Shown here in pieces: positions 14,055 through 27,138 of a stretch of DNA of 64,000 nucleotides. The stretch's first letter is position 1. The number at the start of each line of letters is the position of its first letter. A program made the translations under genes and the position numbers. The notes under the pieces were generated by a model that had not been told where the DNA came from, ran no database searches, and saw nothing but the letters and a program-made list of their open reading frames with translations. The DNA comes from Amphiscolops sp. MND2022 (lineage: Eukaryota), in the NCBI GenBank assembly GCA_964187785.1, contig OZ076409.1:88786001-88850000 (forward strand), read 5' to 3'.

Positions 14055-14579
14055 TTTTAGTCGGCGTTTCCGACGGAACTGCACGGCTCTTATAGTGGCT
14101 AGTTTTTGTTCGTCACTTCAACGCGATCGGTCCACTTTTTTGTTCATTTGTTTAACAACTTGATGAACTACGGAGGTTCAATACATTCAATACACTAAAC
14201 CTCAGAAACTCGCCAATACAAAAAGAAACAAAACCGACGTCCACAACATCGGAAACACACTTTGGCTATCTAGGTCTTTTTCACTATTCTTTTTCGGTAC
14301 AATGCGACTTTTTTGATATTTTTGGATTCCACCAAAGGGTCTCCCCTTCGTTTGTTTCGATATTTTGCAACACAATGGATGTCAAAAAATTCCAAGGGGT
14401 CCCCCTTTTACTTTTTTCGGCACTGTGACACTGTTCAAAAATCTCATTAAAATTTTTTTTTGAATTTGTTTTCAATTCCCCAAAGAGCCCCCCTTCAAAT
14501 TTTTTCATATTTTGCAACCAGCTGGAATACAATTTTGAGCCTTAGATATGGCGCCGACTTTGGCCTTTCTCGGCTTGTT
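14055..14579. repeat. Copy of dispersed repeat family (TTTTAGTCGGCG ... CGCCGACTT ... CGGCTTGTT)
   Basis: Same ends and internal AAGGGTCCCCC units as 17244-17850. Related partial copies near 11955-12490, 20290-20690, 23400-23690, 27360-27700, 45385-45680 and 57540-57670. Confidence 0.75.
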
Positions 14580-16416
14580 AGTTTTAGTGTTTGTTATGAA
14601 CGATAAGAAAGACTATGTTGCTATGTTCTATATTTTTGGAGGACGGCATTGACTTATTTATTTACAGTTCTGAGGCGATGGCCGATTGTTAAGTCAATTA
14701 GCCTACTGGTTTGCATGTGTCGCTGGGAACCAGGAGAAAGCAATTTTTCTTGGCGGACCGACTTAAAATATTATAATGACGAGACGAAATGGTCACCATT
14801 TTGTCAATTTGGTTTAAATTGGTGTTTTCAGTTTGAAAAAATTTTTCGTGCCTGAATGGTTCGTTCTGGATATTTTTGTTGACGTGATAGAAGTTTTTTG
14901 ATGTACCCCCCTAGGACAGGAATTCACATTTTACTAATGTCATGTTTTTGTTTAAAAAATATTTTTATAAATCTAAGTGTCTTTCTCAATAAAACGTCAG
15001 CTTCGATCAAAAATTTTTCGAGTTGTTCGAACTTCAAAATATTTTCAAATTGAACTATGCTATTACAATTTTCTGTTGCAACAAATACAATGTAATTTCG
15101 TTTGGATTTAATAAACAGAATTGGTCAGTAGCAAAAATACTTATTTTGGCCAAACAGAAAATGAGGGTTGAATTCAATCAACTTCGAACTTTTATATTTG
15201 TCGAAAAAATAATTTCAGGAAGTTGGGAACATATCAAAACTCATCTTCGTGAGAAACTACTTTTTCTTCAATTCTCTCCCTCAGAACATATATGCACATA
15301 TAAGAATGAACTAGTTCTCAGATCGGTATTATTTTGTTTCGTTAAATTTTTTTGTTAAATTTCCACTATTTTTCAAATCAGGTTTTCACAAAAGACGGGC
15401 ATCTTCGATGAAATTTTTCCAAGTGAATTGTGTTGATGGTTTTAATTCAAAACTGATATGGCAGTTGAATTATACTATGCACAATATCTGACCTTCACAG
15501 TCCTTTGTTGTTTCTTGTCTCCCTCATTCCTATATCTTAAACCTTTTCCATATTGCGACAAAGCACAATTATAATTCCTTTCCCATTCCCCTGTCTCAAT
15601 TTTACCTGAGCACCGAATCAAAATTATATCATTACATTATCATCATTCTTATATTATTTTATTACACTCAAGTAATTACATGAGTAATTACATTATTTTA
15701 TTACATTCACTATAGTGATGTATTTGCATCTCTTATTAGAGAATGGGCGCTATGACCATTTCCTGTAAGGAAAGTTGGCCTCTTAATGCTGCCGTACAAT
15801 TCCAATACAGTGTCGTGAGACTATTTTTTATTTGCTCACAAAGATTTCAGCAGAATCCGCATCAATGAAATTGATTTGTAACTCTTTTGCTGAATTGTTA
15901 GTCGGCGCTTCATGAAACTTATTTTTTTGCGGAGTTGTTTTTCGCGGAGTTCAAACTTACCATTGTTTGAAAGTTTTAACTTAACGCGAAGCAAAAATCA
16001 TGTTTCAGGAACCTCACTTTCGTCATTTCGTTTATTGACTCATAAAGAGAGGGCTGGAAAGATACAGAGTCTCACTTCTTCAATCGTGAAGAACCCGAAA
16101 AGTGTGAACTCTAGAACAAATAATACCTCTCGAGGTGTGATTATAGCAAAATGTTTTAGAAGCTTTGTGACTTATTCTTTGTGAAAGTGATATGTTCATT
16201 GAACAACAAATGGCCTACTCATATTATATACACGATAAAGACTTTGAAATTTTGCCGTGCGAACCTAACTTGATCATACTTGTACTTTGTTTTAGATTAT
16301 AACCCGAAAAAAACGAGGAAAATGATTTTTTTGGTTCTTGGTGGAGCCTTAGAATACGATATCATCCACTGATATCTAACGATTGCATTCAGTTCAAATG
16401 ATTCCATACGAAGCAC

Positions 16417-18226
16417 CAGGGGTGGTCAAAAATTAATTGGAAGCCTTGCAATTAGTTAAAGCGTCTACAAAAATTTTTTTTAATTCTGAGGTAGCAGTTG
16501 CTGGCGTAGATCAGAAAATGCAAATTCAAATTCGGCGGTACTGAAAAATCTCTCCAATAAATTGGATGTAGGCAGAAGAAATTCAGTTGCCATGTACTCT
16601 TTTTCTCAATGCCAGAGCGGGGAGAAACCTCCTTCTTCCTCTTTTTAATAATAACAGAGGCAAAATCATCTTCATCAGTTTCAATTTCTGTCTGCGAGGA
16701 GTTATCGTCCTGCGATAATTTTGGAACAGCTACCTCGTGTTGTTACTCCTCGTTCAGGTCACAATTCCCGTCTTGTATCTTTGCAACGGCGGATTCAATA
16801 GATGGGGAATGGAATATCGGAGCGTTGTTGGATAACTACTTAGATGTGTCCGGGATTTCTTCTTGTAAGGTGGCGAACAAGCATTCAACATCAGCCATTG
16901 TAATTGATTCCCTTTGCAAGGAAAGTGTAACTGACTTGATTTTTTTCAAATCAGTGAGCAATTGAATCAGTTCCACATCTTGCCGCGGAGTCGCAAAAAA
17001 ATCAACTAGAGCTGGGTCAGCTGCAAACCCGTTTTTTTTCAGGGCGTTTTCCGAGATTGGTTGCAGATTGGTGAACTTTCAGGTCAATTCCTTCTCGGCG
17101 AAGTTGAAGGGCTTCAACCCACAGCACACCAATTCCAACCAACTGTACACGTTCTTTCCCTTTTTGCTGACTGCAGGGGTGGACACTGTGGATCTAAGGT
17201 GTTGTTAACAGATTTTATCTATTGTTGATATTCGGGGTGTTGGTTTTTTAGTCGGCGCTTCACGCGACTATTATAGTGGCTTTTCTTTTTTTTCAATCCA
17301 CACGAACTGACCAAAATAGTTCTTAAAAGTTCTACAAAATATTATTGCACCAAATTGCACTATTTGGTCTAGCGAACTGAACCAAAAAAGTTTTTCCTGT
17401 TTTCCCGCGTTCCATACCATACCCGGGGAGACCAAAGGGTCCCCCTTCCATTTTTTTCGGCACTGCGAGACCTTTTTCCGGAAACTTTTTTTCCCCAAAG
17501 GGTCCCCCTTCAATTTTTTTGCTGTTTTGCGACAGAATGGATGTTGGAAAATTCCAAAGGGTCCCCCCTTTCAGTTTTTTTCGGCACTGTGAGATTTTGT
17601 TCCGAAAATAAAAATTTTTGTTTTCTTCAATTTTTTCATGTTTTGCGACAGAATGGATGTTGAAAAACCTCAAAGGGTCCCCCCTTTCAGTTTTTCGGCA
17701 TTGTGAGACTTTAGCGCGCCACTCGGTCCAATTTTTTCGAAAAATTTCCGATTTTCGAGTACTGTAAAAGAGAATACTTGACACTTAGAAGTCTTTTTGC
17801 TATTTTTGAGCCTTGGATACGGCGCCGACTTGGGCCGGTCCCGGCTTGTTATGTGACCGAATAAGTCCGACCATCCAGTATTCTTTGTTTGTGTCAACAG
17901 TTTCCCACATTGACATTTCCATTTTGTGTCATCTGTTGTGCAGTTGGTGAAATAGTGTTTCACAATGGATTTCAAATCTTGGCCTGGCTTGACTGATTAA
18001 GACAAAGTAAGCTTGCAGTGTAATAGCGTACACTTTGTAAAACAAACAAACTGAAATTTAAACACTTGATGAGTCCCGTACTGCGCTAAAATAAACATGG
18101 CAATATATTGCAATACATTGCTGTGTGTCTAACAATAAACGAAACAACATACAATAAATTAATTGCAATGAAATATTGCAATACATTGCAATTATTTGCA
18201 ATGAAATTAATTGTTGACCACCCCTG
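16417..18226 (-). mobile_element. Internally deleted hAT DNA transposon
   Basis: 22-bp TIR CAGGGGTGGTCAA(A/C)AATTAATT; 8-bp TSD CGAAGCAC/CGAAACAC. N-terminal BED finger remnant (WKCQCGK...LFGHI, 17975-17850) and C-terminal dimerisation remnant (SNLLERFFSTA...DLRQQLLPQN, ~16480-16570). Confidence 0.88.
17244..17850. repeat. Dispersed repeat copy nested in the hAT element
   Basis: Interrupts the transposase right after the BED finger; subterminal inverted AGTCGGCGC/GCGCCGACT. Confidence 0.8.
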
Positions 18227-20804
18227 CGAAACACAATATGGATACATACGTTTCCAGGAATTGATCCTATGGTTCCATATATGAAATTGCATGGATATTG
18301 GCAATGGAAGCAAACAATTTGCCAGGGATTTCCAAAAGCATTATTGGTCTTTTAACACTAGAAGCTGTTGTTTGTCATCAACTGCAATACTGTTCAGAGC
18401 TGAATCTTTGTAACCGAGAATTCATTTTTTGGGGGCGTTTTTAATTATGACGAGAATGTGAAACATTTGCAAAGTGACTTTCACTTTTAAAAAAGTAATA
18501 CTACTTAACGGAAGCACTGCAAAAATCCCAAATTATTTCAATTTCATCACCATTTTTCTTTTTCTAGTCAATCTTCAAGCACCGCTAAAATTGAACTCCA
18601 TTTTTGTTATTGTTCATTTTTCGTTCAACCGAAATGGCGTTTTTATCGACTCAAAAGATTTCGCTTCCACAGTTTATGAACGCCTACAGCTAGAGCCTTT
18701 CAAAAGCGATTGAAAATGCTGTCTATAATTATGTGCATTTGAAAAAAGTGCGAATTGCGTGAAAATTAGGCTGACAGCTACGTCACATGCTGTTATTATA
18801 ATAATGTCGTATCTAGCTTTTTTAGCTGCTTATTTTCTCAAGTATTCCTTGATAAGAATGTGGTTGCTGCTGTTTTGAATATTTTCATATCTTCTCACTA
18901 GTAGTGTGACGTTTGTCAATAAAAAGAGCAAAACCGCTATTGCTACTATTGCTTCTGCTGCCACTGCTGTTGTTGATTTGTACGGCGAAACCGACGCTCC
19001 TGCTAATTGCTTCCTTGTGCGTCTCAAACGACCACAGTCCATTTCCTTTTCTGTTTCAGCCTCTGTGAACACCAATAATCCTCCAGTTCTCAGCTTTGCT
19101 CTTTCATCCATCTTGACATACACGCTAACTTCCAACTTTCTTCACTCGCATATCATATCAGATCTCTCCCAACGCCGCCCATAGATAATAGTCTGCGACA
19201 CACCCCATTTAATTGCACATAAAACAAGGTGACATACAAAAGATTTGAGAGAATTTCCGCAGTTTAAAAATTGAGGTTGGAAGTTTTTAATTGGAAGACT
19301 CAGTCATTTCCTGCCCTGGTATGGCCGCGTTCGGTTTTTTTGGAACAATATAAACGCAAATTTGCAACTGTTTTTGTCGACATTCAAGTGATTTTTGTTT
19401 TTTTCCCTGGAAATTCATCCTTTCTTGCAGTCAATTTCAACGTGGCACTAAACGGTTTGCTCTTATCCGTAGTAATAATTTCGGAGATGTAAGTTGACAA
19501 TATTAAAAAAAGTTGGTAAAAATGTTATGTGCAATTTTGTAAAGTCCAACTTCGAATTCTCTGAATATAAAAAGTGTGTATATACCTACACAAAGTCCGT
19601 CCCTCTCGTGACTTCTGGGACTTATCCATGATCTCAGAAACTTGGGGAAATGTCGGCGGTTTCATTTTGTCAACACCTTTGCTCAGTTGCATTGTTTCCA
19701 CATTGCTTACATTTATCCTGCCCTCTGAGGTGAGAGCAGGTCAACCGCGGGGTCAACAACAATCAAATGGGGTCACGAGGTCACCCAATTCATTGGCCCA
19801 CGTGTTTCCTTCTTCATCAGCACCCGAGCAGCCACCCCAAGGACCAACCCCTTCTTCTTCCCTGTACGACATCCCCCTAGAGTTTTTACCAGGTTAGAGT
19901 CACCCCTTGATTTCAATTTCACCCCTTCAGTTTTTCCTTGTTCATGTACTTTAACCTCGATCAATGTTTTGTAGTTATAAATAGGACGTTCGGTGGTTTT
20001 GTTTATTTCAGCAACAAAATATTTTTGAGGCTCGAGCGAACTATAATAAAAAATGTCAACGAAAACGTTCCAAACTTTTACTGAACTTCTACTGTTCAAA
20101 AACTTTTTGGCTGGAAACTTTGACACTTTTTTGGCTCATTTGACATTTTACATGCCTATATTCAAAAAATGTTCACAAATATTCATAAATATCTATTTTG
20201 GCGACCTAATTTTGTTGTCGTTGAGTTTTGTGGTAGAACTTTGTCGAATAAAAAACACGGCTGAGGAGTTAATTTTCCGTTTATAGTCTTTAGTTAACTG
20301 AAAACGCCAGAGTATTATAGTCACTTTTTCTCTTTAAGACAGACACGTATGCGACGCAAAGACATAATCGTGACGGAACGACACGATTGTGACAAAACGG
20401 ATACGCTTCTAGTCTAAGTAAAGTGTACTAACAGACTGAAGGGTATTTCCTTTAGATTTCAAAGGGTTTTTTCACACTGCCTGATTTTGAAAAACTTCAA
20501 GTTTTACTTGAGGATCTCCTCTTGTTTTTTCGGTCAGGAAAAAGCCCAGCCTTTCTGAGCACAAAGGGGTTTTTACGACAAATGCTATTTTATTGAAATT
20601 CCGTAAAACAGCCTTTTATCATATTTGAAAGCTTTAGCAGCATCGGAGCTTTAGGCGGGGGTGGACTTGAGAGACGTTGTCGTTTTGTTAAATATGGAAT
20701 ATGGGCGGACGATAAATACTCCGTATTCGCGCATGCCAGTTTCTGGAGTACATGCTACAGAAAAGTAAAGTGAAACATCAATCAAAAATTTCACTTTTCA
20801 ATCG

Positions 20805-21450
20805 AAAATTTTTTTCAATCAAATCATATCAGCATACCCAGATTTGGGGGCAAATGATTGACTGAAAATTTTTCAAAGATATTTTTTCAACTTTGCGAAA
20901 ATCAAGAAAAAGTGGAAATTTGATGAAATTTTGTCAAAATTTACAATTTCTAATTTTTGTAGTTTTTGTCGCAGAAATTTCAAACAAACATTTTTGTAAA
21001 CTAGATAAAATTCTAAGAAACTTTTGTGGCTGACAATTTTTTGTATTTGTGACAGTTTTAAAGATATTTGGATTTGAAAATCGCAATTTTAAGCAATGGA
21101 GTTGTTATACTTTCTGTCTCTCGCAGAATTTAATCATTAAAATAGCGAGAGACAGAAAGTATAGCAACTCCATTGCTTAAAATTGCGATTTTCAAATCCA
21201 AATATCTTTAAAACTGCCACAAATACAAAAAATTGTCAGCCACAAAAGTTTCTTAGAATTTTATCTAGTTTACAAAAATGTTTGTTTGAAATTTCTGCGA
21301 CAAAACTTACAAAAAATAGAAATAGTAAATTTTGACAAAATTTCATCAAATTTCCACTTTTTCTTGATTTTCGCAAAGTTGAAAAAATATTTTTGAAATA
21401 TTTGCCCCCAAATCTCCTGAGGATGCTGATATGATTTAATTGAAAAAAAT
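20805..21450. repeat. Long inverted repeat (~300-bp arms, ~20-nt spacer), foldback/MITE-like
   Basis: ...CTTTCTGTCTCTCGC [AGAATTTAATCATTAAAATA] GCGAGAGACAGAAAG..., arms complementary out to the CATATCAGCAT/ATGCTGATATG region. Partial third copy of an arm at ~21730-21880. Confidence 0.85.
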
Positions 21451-23829
21451 CGGTTTCAAATAAAATCCATCAATTGCCTGAAATGCAATTCTTATAGCCT
21501 ATCTTAAAACATGTACTTCAGTGTTAATAGACAGAAAATATAGTGCATTTTTTTATTCGAAACCAAATCTCGATCAAAACAGTTCAGTGGGTTCGGGAGA
21601 TTATAGGGAGTCTCCGAATGAAAAAAAATCCAAAAAATTTAGTTCTAAGCTACTCAATTTTTGATCGAAACTCAAATTTAAATTAAAATGTTCTAAAATT
21701 TGCATTTTCTAAGCTTTTCAGTATGGGTCGTAGAAATTTCAAACAAACATTTTTGTAAACTAGATAAAATTCTAAGAAACTTTTGTAGCTGGCAAATTTT
21801 TGTATTCGTGACAGTTTGTATTTCGTGACAGATATTTGGTTTTGAATTTTGCCATTTTAAGCAATGAGGTTGCGATATTTTAGAACGCTACTGTACACAG
21901 TGACATAGAGAAAGAAAAGATTTCCGGGAAATACTTAAATCTGAGAACGTAACGAGCACATGAAAGTTGAGAAAAAACAAAAGCACAGAAGCACTCGAAC
22001 CCGTAGGGAAAGATTAAAAAGATAGGACACTATATTCCTACAAAATACTTCCAGTAAGCATTTAATCGTTCGAAAGTTTTCTGAGCTGTTCTAATTTCTC
22101 AATTAAGTACGTTTTGTCCGCCTATATCCTCTTTGAAATTTTCCCTACAGCATTCTTTTTTCATTCTATCAAGATAAGAAAGCATACCTTTAGATTTTTT
22201 TGTATGAATGCCACAATGTTTCTAGAAAGAGGCTGTTGACAGTAACGACAAATGACCTTTTAAAATTCATAGATCTTTTCAGTAGCGTAGATACTTTTTG
22301 GTGCTGATTAGACTAATTATTTTTCCACTTTCTGAAGACTGAAACACTTTACGAACGAGCACTCTTTGACGTTATCTTGAAGCCTGACATTTCGAAACTC
22401 AAATCGAAGTCCAAGGAAGTTCTAAGTGATTCGATCAAGTTAGCATGCAAATTAATTTTAATTATTCTCAACTTGTCAATATTCTTGTGGGAATCGAAAA
22501 ATGTCGGTGGCAGAAAAGTAAACAAAACTCGTTCAAGATGAATTAAAACTTGATGGACATCAAATTTGGCGCTCCTTGAGTTTGCACAAATCTAAATTAT
22601 AAATATGCTAAAAAAATCACTGTGCCTGCATCAGCGAAAACGTTCTAAGATACCCTTTAACGGTTACACCCCAAACCATGAACCCCATATGGAAAATGTG
22701 GATATATTAGAGCCTATTATCGGCGTGTAGGCCCCTAGGACCGAACAATAGGACCAGAATTTTGTTCCGATATACTCCTTCGAAGTACTGAAACGCGCAA
22801 ATGAGGCTGTTTTTGTTCATATATTGAATAGTAGAGACTAACAGGAGGCGAAATTGAAAAAAATGAGATGGATGCTAGAAGTTTTAGTCATAGTAAAGCG
22901 ACGGCTGCGTTTTTAGGACGCCTATATAAAATTCAACAGTGATACCAGTTCATCGACTGACCAAGATATCGGAGGAGTCTGAACTCATGTTGATACCTGG
23001 TGGAATGTAGTTTGTTGGCCGAACGGGATACCATGTGAGACGAAGTAATTTTTAGCACTCGTGAAAAGCAGTCGAATCAGTTTCAAGATCGAAAACCAAA
23101 AGCTTGAACCGGTTTGCCTGAGCAAAAGTGAGTCACCTGCTAAACGATTCGTAGTTCTCGAAGTGGAACAAGTGTCTGGGCTGTCCACGTTTCACACTTG
23201 AGAAAAGAATTGAAGAAACGTACAAGTCGGACATTTGGGAGACTGATTGGTCAGTGGGACTTAAAAAGTTGCTAATACTTGTTACTGGACTGAGTCATGC
23301 ATGCAATTACTTTTTTTCTTTTTAGGTAGCTTCTTGATTTGATAGTTGTAATATAAAAAGTTAGAACTTCTCTTCGTTCACAGGGATTGTTAATGCGATC
23401 TTTAGTTGAGAGACGCAGGCTATAGTAGTGTTTTTCAATTTTTTTCATCGAGAACAGCGTACTGACAGATTTCTATATCAAAACAACAAGTTTTTTCGAT
23501 TTTTTATTTGTGCTTTTTCAATGTTTCCAGTTGAGGAAAAAGCGATTATCTAGTCTTAAGGGTACCCCTTAATGTTTTTGGCACTGTTGGATAATTAAAA
23601 AGTTTCGCATTAGTTGTATCTTCTCTATCTAAAACATTTTGTTCTTTTTGAACCTTAACCGCCTTTTGACTTGGGACGTTCCCGGCTTGATTGAACTACT
23701 TCTCTCTGAGTTGTTTTGAAGAACCGAACGAGCAAAAAGGGGAGAGAAACAGGGTGGTAGCTAGAATCAGAGCTCTTGTCAATCAAAACAACCTTAATCT
23801 TGTTGAAGTCCTAATAAAGGTGCATTCCC

Positions 23830-24015
23830 TGCCAGAGAGAAGAAAGGTAATTTCCCGATTACCGCGGATTGGGCTCCGAATACGCAGCTCTGCTTTTCTA
23901 AGTCGTCGCCCTTTCGGATATTATCTCCCCATAGCAAGCTATAGTACCATTTTTACAGCGAAGTGGTCAAGCGATGGTGGGCTTGAAGTACTGGTTTCAA
24001 AGTGACTTGCACAAG
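23830..24015 (-). mobile_element. SINE body fragment
   Basis: Reverse-complement similarity to 52940-53120, including the CCTTG(A/T)GCAAGTCACTT motif typical of SINE cores. Confidence 0.6.
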
Positions 24016-24054
24016 GTAACAAAGATCTGACTGCTAACCGTCGCTCTTTTCATT

Positions 24055-24215
24055 TTTGCTTTTCTCCGGCAAATGCGTTATTTTTATATGGACCATACCA
24101 CTAAGCTAGGGATGAAGGACTTGCATAAGGGCCAACAATGTTGAGTTCAGAGAGATTCGAACCTGATACCGCCCCGGTACAGGCCGAATGCTCTAACCAC
24201 TACGCCATGCTCCCC
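24055..24215 (-). mobile_element. tRNA-derived SINE
   Basis: Minus strand GGGGAGCATGGCGTAGTGGTTAGAGC (A box) ... GGTTCGAATC (B box), followed by non-tRNA body; no clean cloverleaf. Confidence 0.7.
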
Positions 24216-25560
24216 TGTCAACCTCTATTTCGTTGAACTCTTCAATTACCTTGTTTACTTCCGAATGATGCTTTGATTTTTCGAGCGCATCGGAAGCAGG
24301 TTGTCTTTTTGAAGGCCAGGTCTGCGATTAAGGCCAGTCCATTGTTGTCAATTGACGATTTTTAGAGCGTTTCTAGAGGTTGTCTTATCCTATGTACACA
24401 GGAAAACGTTTTCACAGACAACGCAGCTCCTCGCCATAAAAACACCCACCTTGCAAATTGTTTTTTGTTAGTAAAAGCTCTATCAAACTCGAGTTATGAT
24501 ATTTGAGCATCTTTCGAGAAGTTGTCTGTTGAAGTTGGCAGGTATTGTTGAAACTATAGCTTTGATGCATTGCAAACTATTACTAGATAGTTACATCTAC
24601 TCATTCACGTAATTGCCAAATTTCATAAGATGAAACATGAAAAGTGAAAGATGAAACAAAAGGAAGAAAGGTGGTACGTTCGTCATAAAGTTCCACCACA
24701 TCGTAAAATGGAATCCATTAAACCTGAAATAAAAATTCTAGTATAAAAAGAATCACTTTTACACCAGACTCGAAGCAGCCAATAACGGTGAGCTACTTCG
24801 CATTAGCGTTGGTTCTCAATGAAACCGGGTACGACGTATGTCAGCGCACCCACCGCTTGGGTCTCCCAATTATCAAAAGGCTAAGTAGCACTGAAGTAGT
24901 TTTAAATTCCAGCTTCTGCAACCTATACCTTTTGCCTCCTTTCTCCCAGTTTTGGCCAAAGATCCTTCATTCGTCTCATACTACCGAAAGACACCATGAA
25001 TGAGCCCTGTTTCAAAATGTTCATTCCCTGTTTCCAAGATAAAAACTGAGAATATGATTCAGATTTCAGAATATAACTTTCAACTATCTTTTGCGTAAAG
25101 TGCGTTTTAAGTTTAAATCCAATAAACGGAATAAGTTTATTGACAGCACAACGTACGTTTGACAATGATGTCGCTTTTCCTTCGCCCTTCTACAATTGGT
25201 GGAGAATCAACCAAATGAGCGTCCGTCGCTGTTCATGTCGGTGTTCCGTCCAATGTCTGGCTGAAGTTTCTGCGGAATTCCGTGAGTGGCTAAACTGGTA
25301 CCCGCTGATGGGTCTTCCACGTAATTTGATCAATTTGCTGGTTTTCCTCTTCACCTTGCCTTATTACCCTTACGTTATCTCAGTGGGGTAGTTTCAATCT
25401 TATTTTGGTGTTTCCTGTGAACATTGTGGGTAATTGAGCTATTAAGCCTGGCAATTGGATACGTTTTCGTCGATCTCTTTGACGAACGCAAACTTCTTTC
25501 ATCTTGTGATTCTGTCATTTACTTTCTGTCCAAATTTACTAGATAATTCCTTGTTAATAG

Positions 25561-27138
25561 TGTAAGGACTATGGTCCCTGCTGTTTGGTAGATCGATAGC
25601 AGATCTACAGTCGTTTTTTGTAATTTTCGATTTACACCCATTTGTGTCTTCTCTAACGTCCTGACTGTCTGGAGACAAACCAGACTCAGTGTCCCTATTT
25701 CCTGAAGAAGACATAAAGCTTACAGTGTTTTGGATCTCTGGTATGACTCTCTCTGCTATAGCTGAGGTTATTGCCCCATTTATCTGTGTATGCATCATGG
25801 ACATCATGGAGTCAATTTCGTGAGAAAGCCTGCTATTAAATTCACAAGTAAAAGTCTCCATTGTTTCTTGGAATCTATCTTGCCTAGAAACTATGTTCTC
25901 ATGGACGTAATTTTCGCTGGGTTATTTTTTCTGAAATGTGAATTTGACTCAGTGTCACAATGGTTTTCCGAATTTCCGAATAAATTTGAAAGTTCGCGCT
26001 CAATTGGAATGATATTATCCTTTCCAAGTATTACGTCCATATTTTCAAAGTCGGACATCATGTCTAACTCTCTTGATTTTCTAGCTTTCGCTTCTTGTCT
26101 TCTAGTGGAAGGCATAAAAGATTATTGCAAGAGGAAAGAAGTAAATTATCTCTAGCTTGCAAATCAGGATTTTTAATTTAAACAGTAATGCAGTTTGTGA
26201 AAATTCTATATCGTCCCCGGGACTAGGAGTCCCAGGTTTATAAAGTGGAATTTGCATGATAAGCATGCATAATTCAGTGGGTCACAAAGCTATTTTTAGA
26301 ACGCAGTGTCTAAAAAAGTAACTGTTAGCACAACGTGTCACTATTAATAGCATCATGACGTAATGCTGCTTCTAAATTTAGCCTACATGGTATGGCAACA
26401 GTAAATCGTTTATGTGGCCTTGAAGGAATCATCAGCAAAACATTAAACTTTATAATGAAATTCATGAGAAATACATGCATATTACATGAGCAATTAATTT
26501 GGGGAAAAAGACAACGTGTCCAATTTCATATAAAGCACGTAATTTCCAGCAACTATTTCATGTGTCTATGATCATGAACAACAACTTCCACCAGGTCATA
26601 AGGGCCGTATCCATTCACTCATTTCAGCAATCTTATATTTGAATTTAATTTGGGACTGGATGTCCCTCGCCCGTAATTGGCCGCTCCGATTAGTTGAATA
26701 TCCGAGTACGGCATTTATGTAGAAGCATTCACAGCACAGAAGAATGAGAAATGCTCGCTTCTGATTGATCACTTTTTAATAGGATTAGCTGTCCAAGAAC
26801 AAGCCAAGTAACATTTAAACACGTTTCCTTTGCCTGTACGCCTTGGTGTCCAATTACTAATAATACATTACTGTTTACTTGTACGAATATATCAAAGTAT
26901 TAGCATATTAATCTCGATAACACTAATTTTAGTCGGAATAGGTTCATTCCCGCATTTGGCGCGAATATTAGCACAGTTAAATACAGATTATTCAAAATAG
27001 TAATTCAATTTAAATACAGCAGTAAGTTTTGTAGTAGTTTGTTGATCATCTAGTCCATCGGAATCGTTCCTGGAAGGGCGTTGTAGTCATTGTATGCAAT
27101 GCTTCACCAATTTCCATCGCAGACGGCAGCCTGCGACA
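25561..27138 (-). mobile_element. Solo LTR (1578 bp) of a family related to the giant Gypsy element
   Basis: Minus strand starts TGTCGCAGGCTGCC and ends CCTTACA; perfect TSD AATAG on both sides. Contains frameshifted MPSTRRQEAKARKSRE...FNSRLSHEIDSMM gag-leader ORF (26115-25561). Confidence 0.9.

Noticed and set aside
17271..17784. 80- and 150-aa ORFs (also 14284-14532, 12183-12549)
   Set aside because: Translations of the dispersed repeat family; not genes.
18830..19900. Possible exons (RLRRTRK plus hydrophobic stretch; GC-richer segment at 19600-19900)
   Set aside because: No consistent splice model or recognisable family; cannot be supported.
23691..24015. ORF resembling a CUB-domain end (WSSDGG..GFKVTC) with a nearby GT donor
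   Set aside because: Needs a frameshift, and the DNA matches a dispersed SINE-like repeat also present inverted at 52940-53120.
24140..24215. Possible tRNA gene
   Set aside because: Has A/B boxes but no proper acceptor or anticodon stems, and continues into a SINE body.
24700..25500. Possible decayed retroelement coding remnant next to the solo LTR
   Set aside because: No recognisable motif in any frame.
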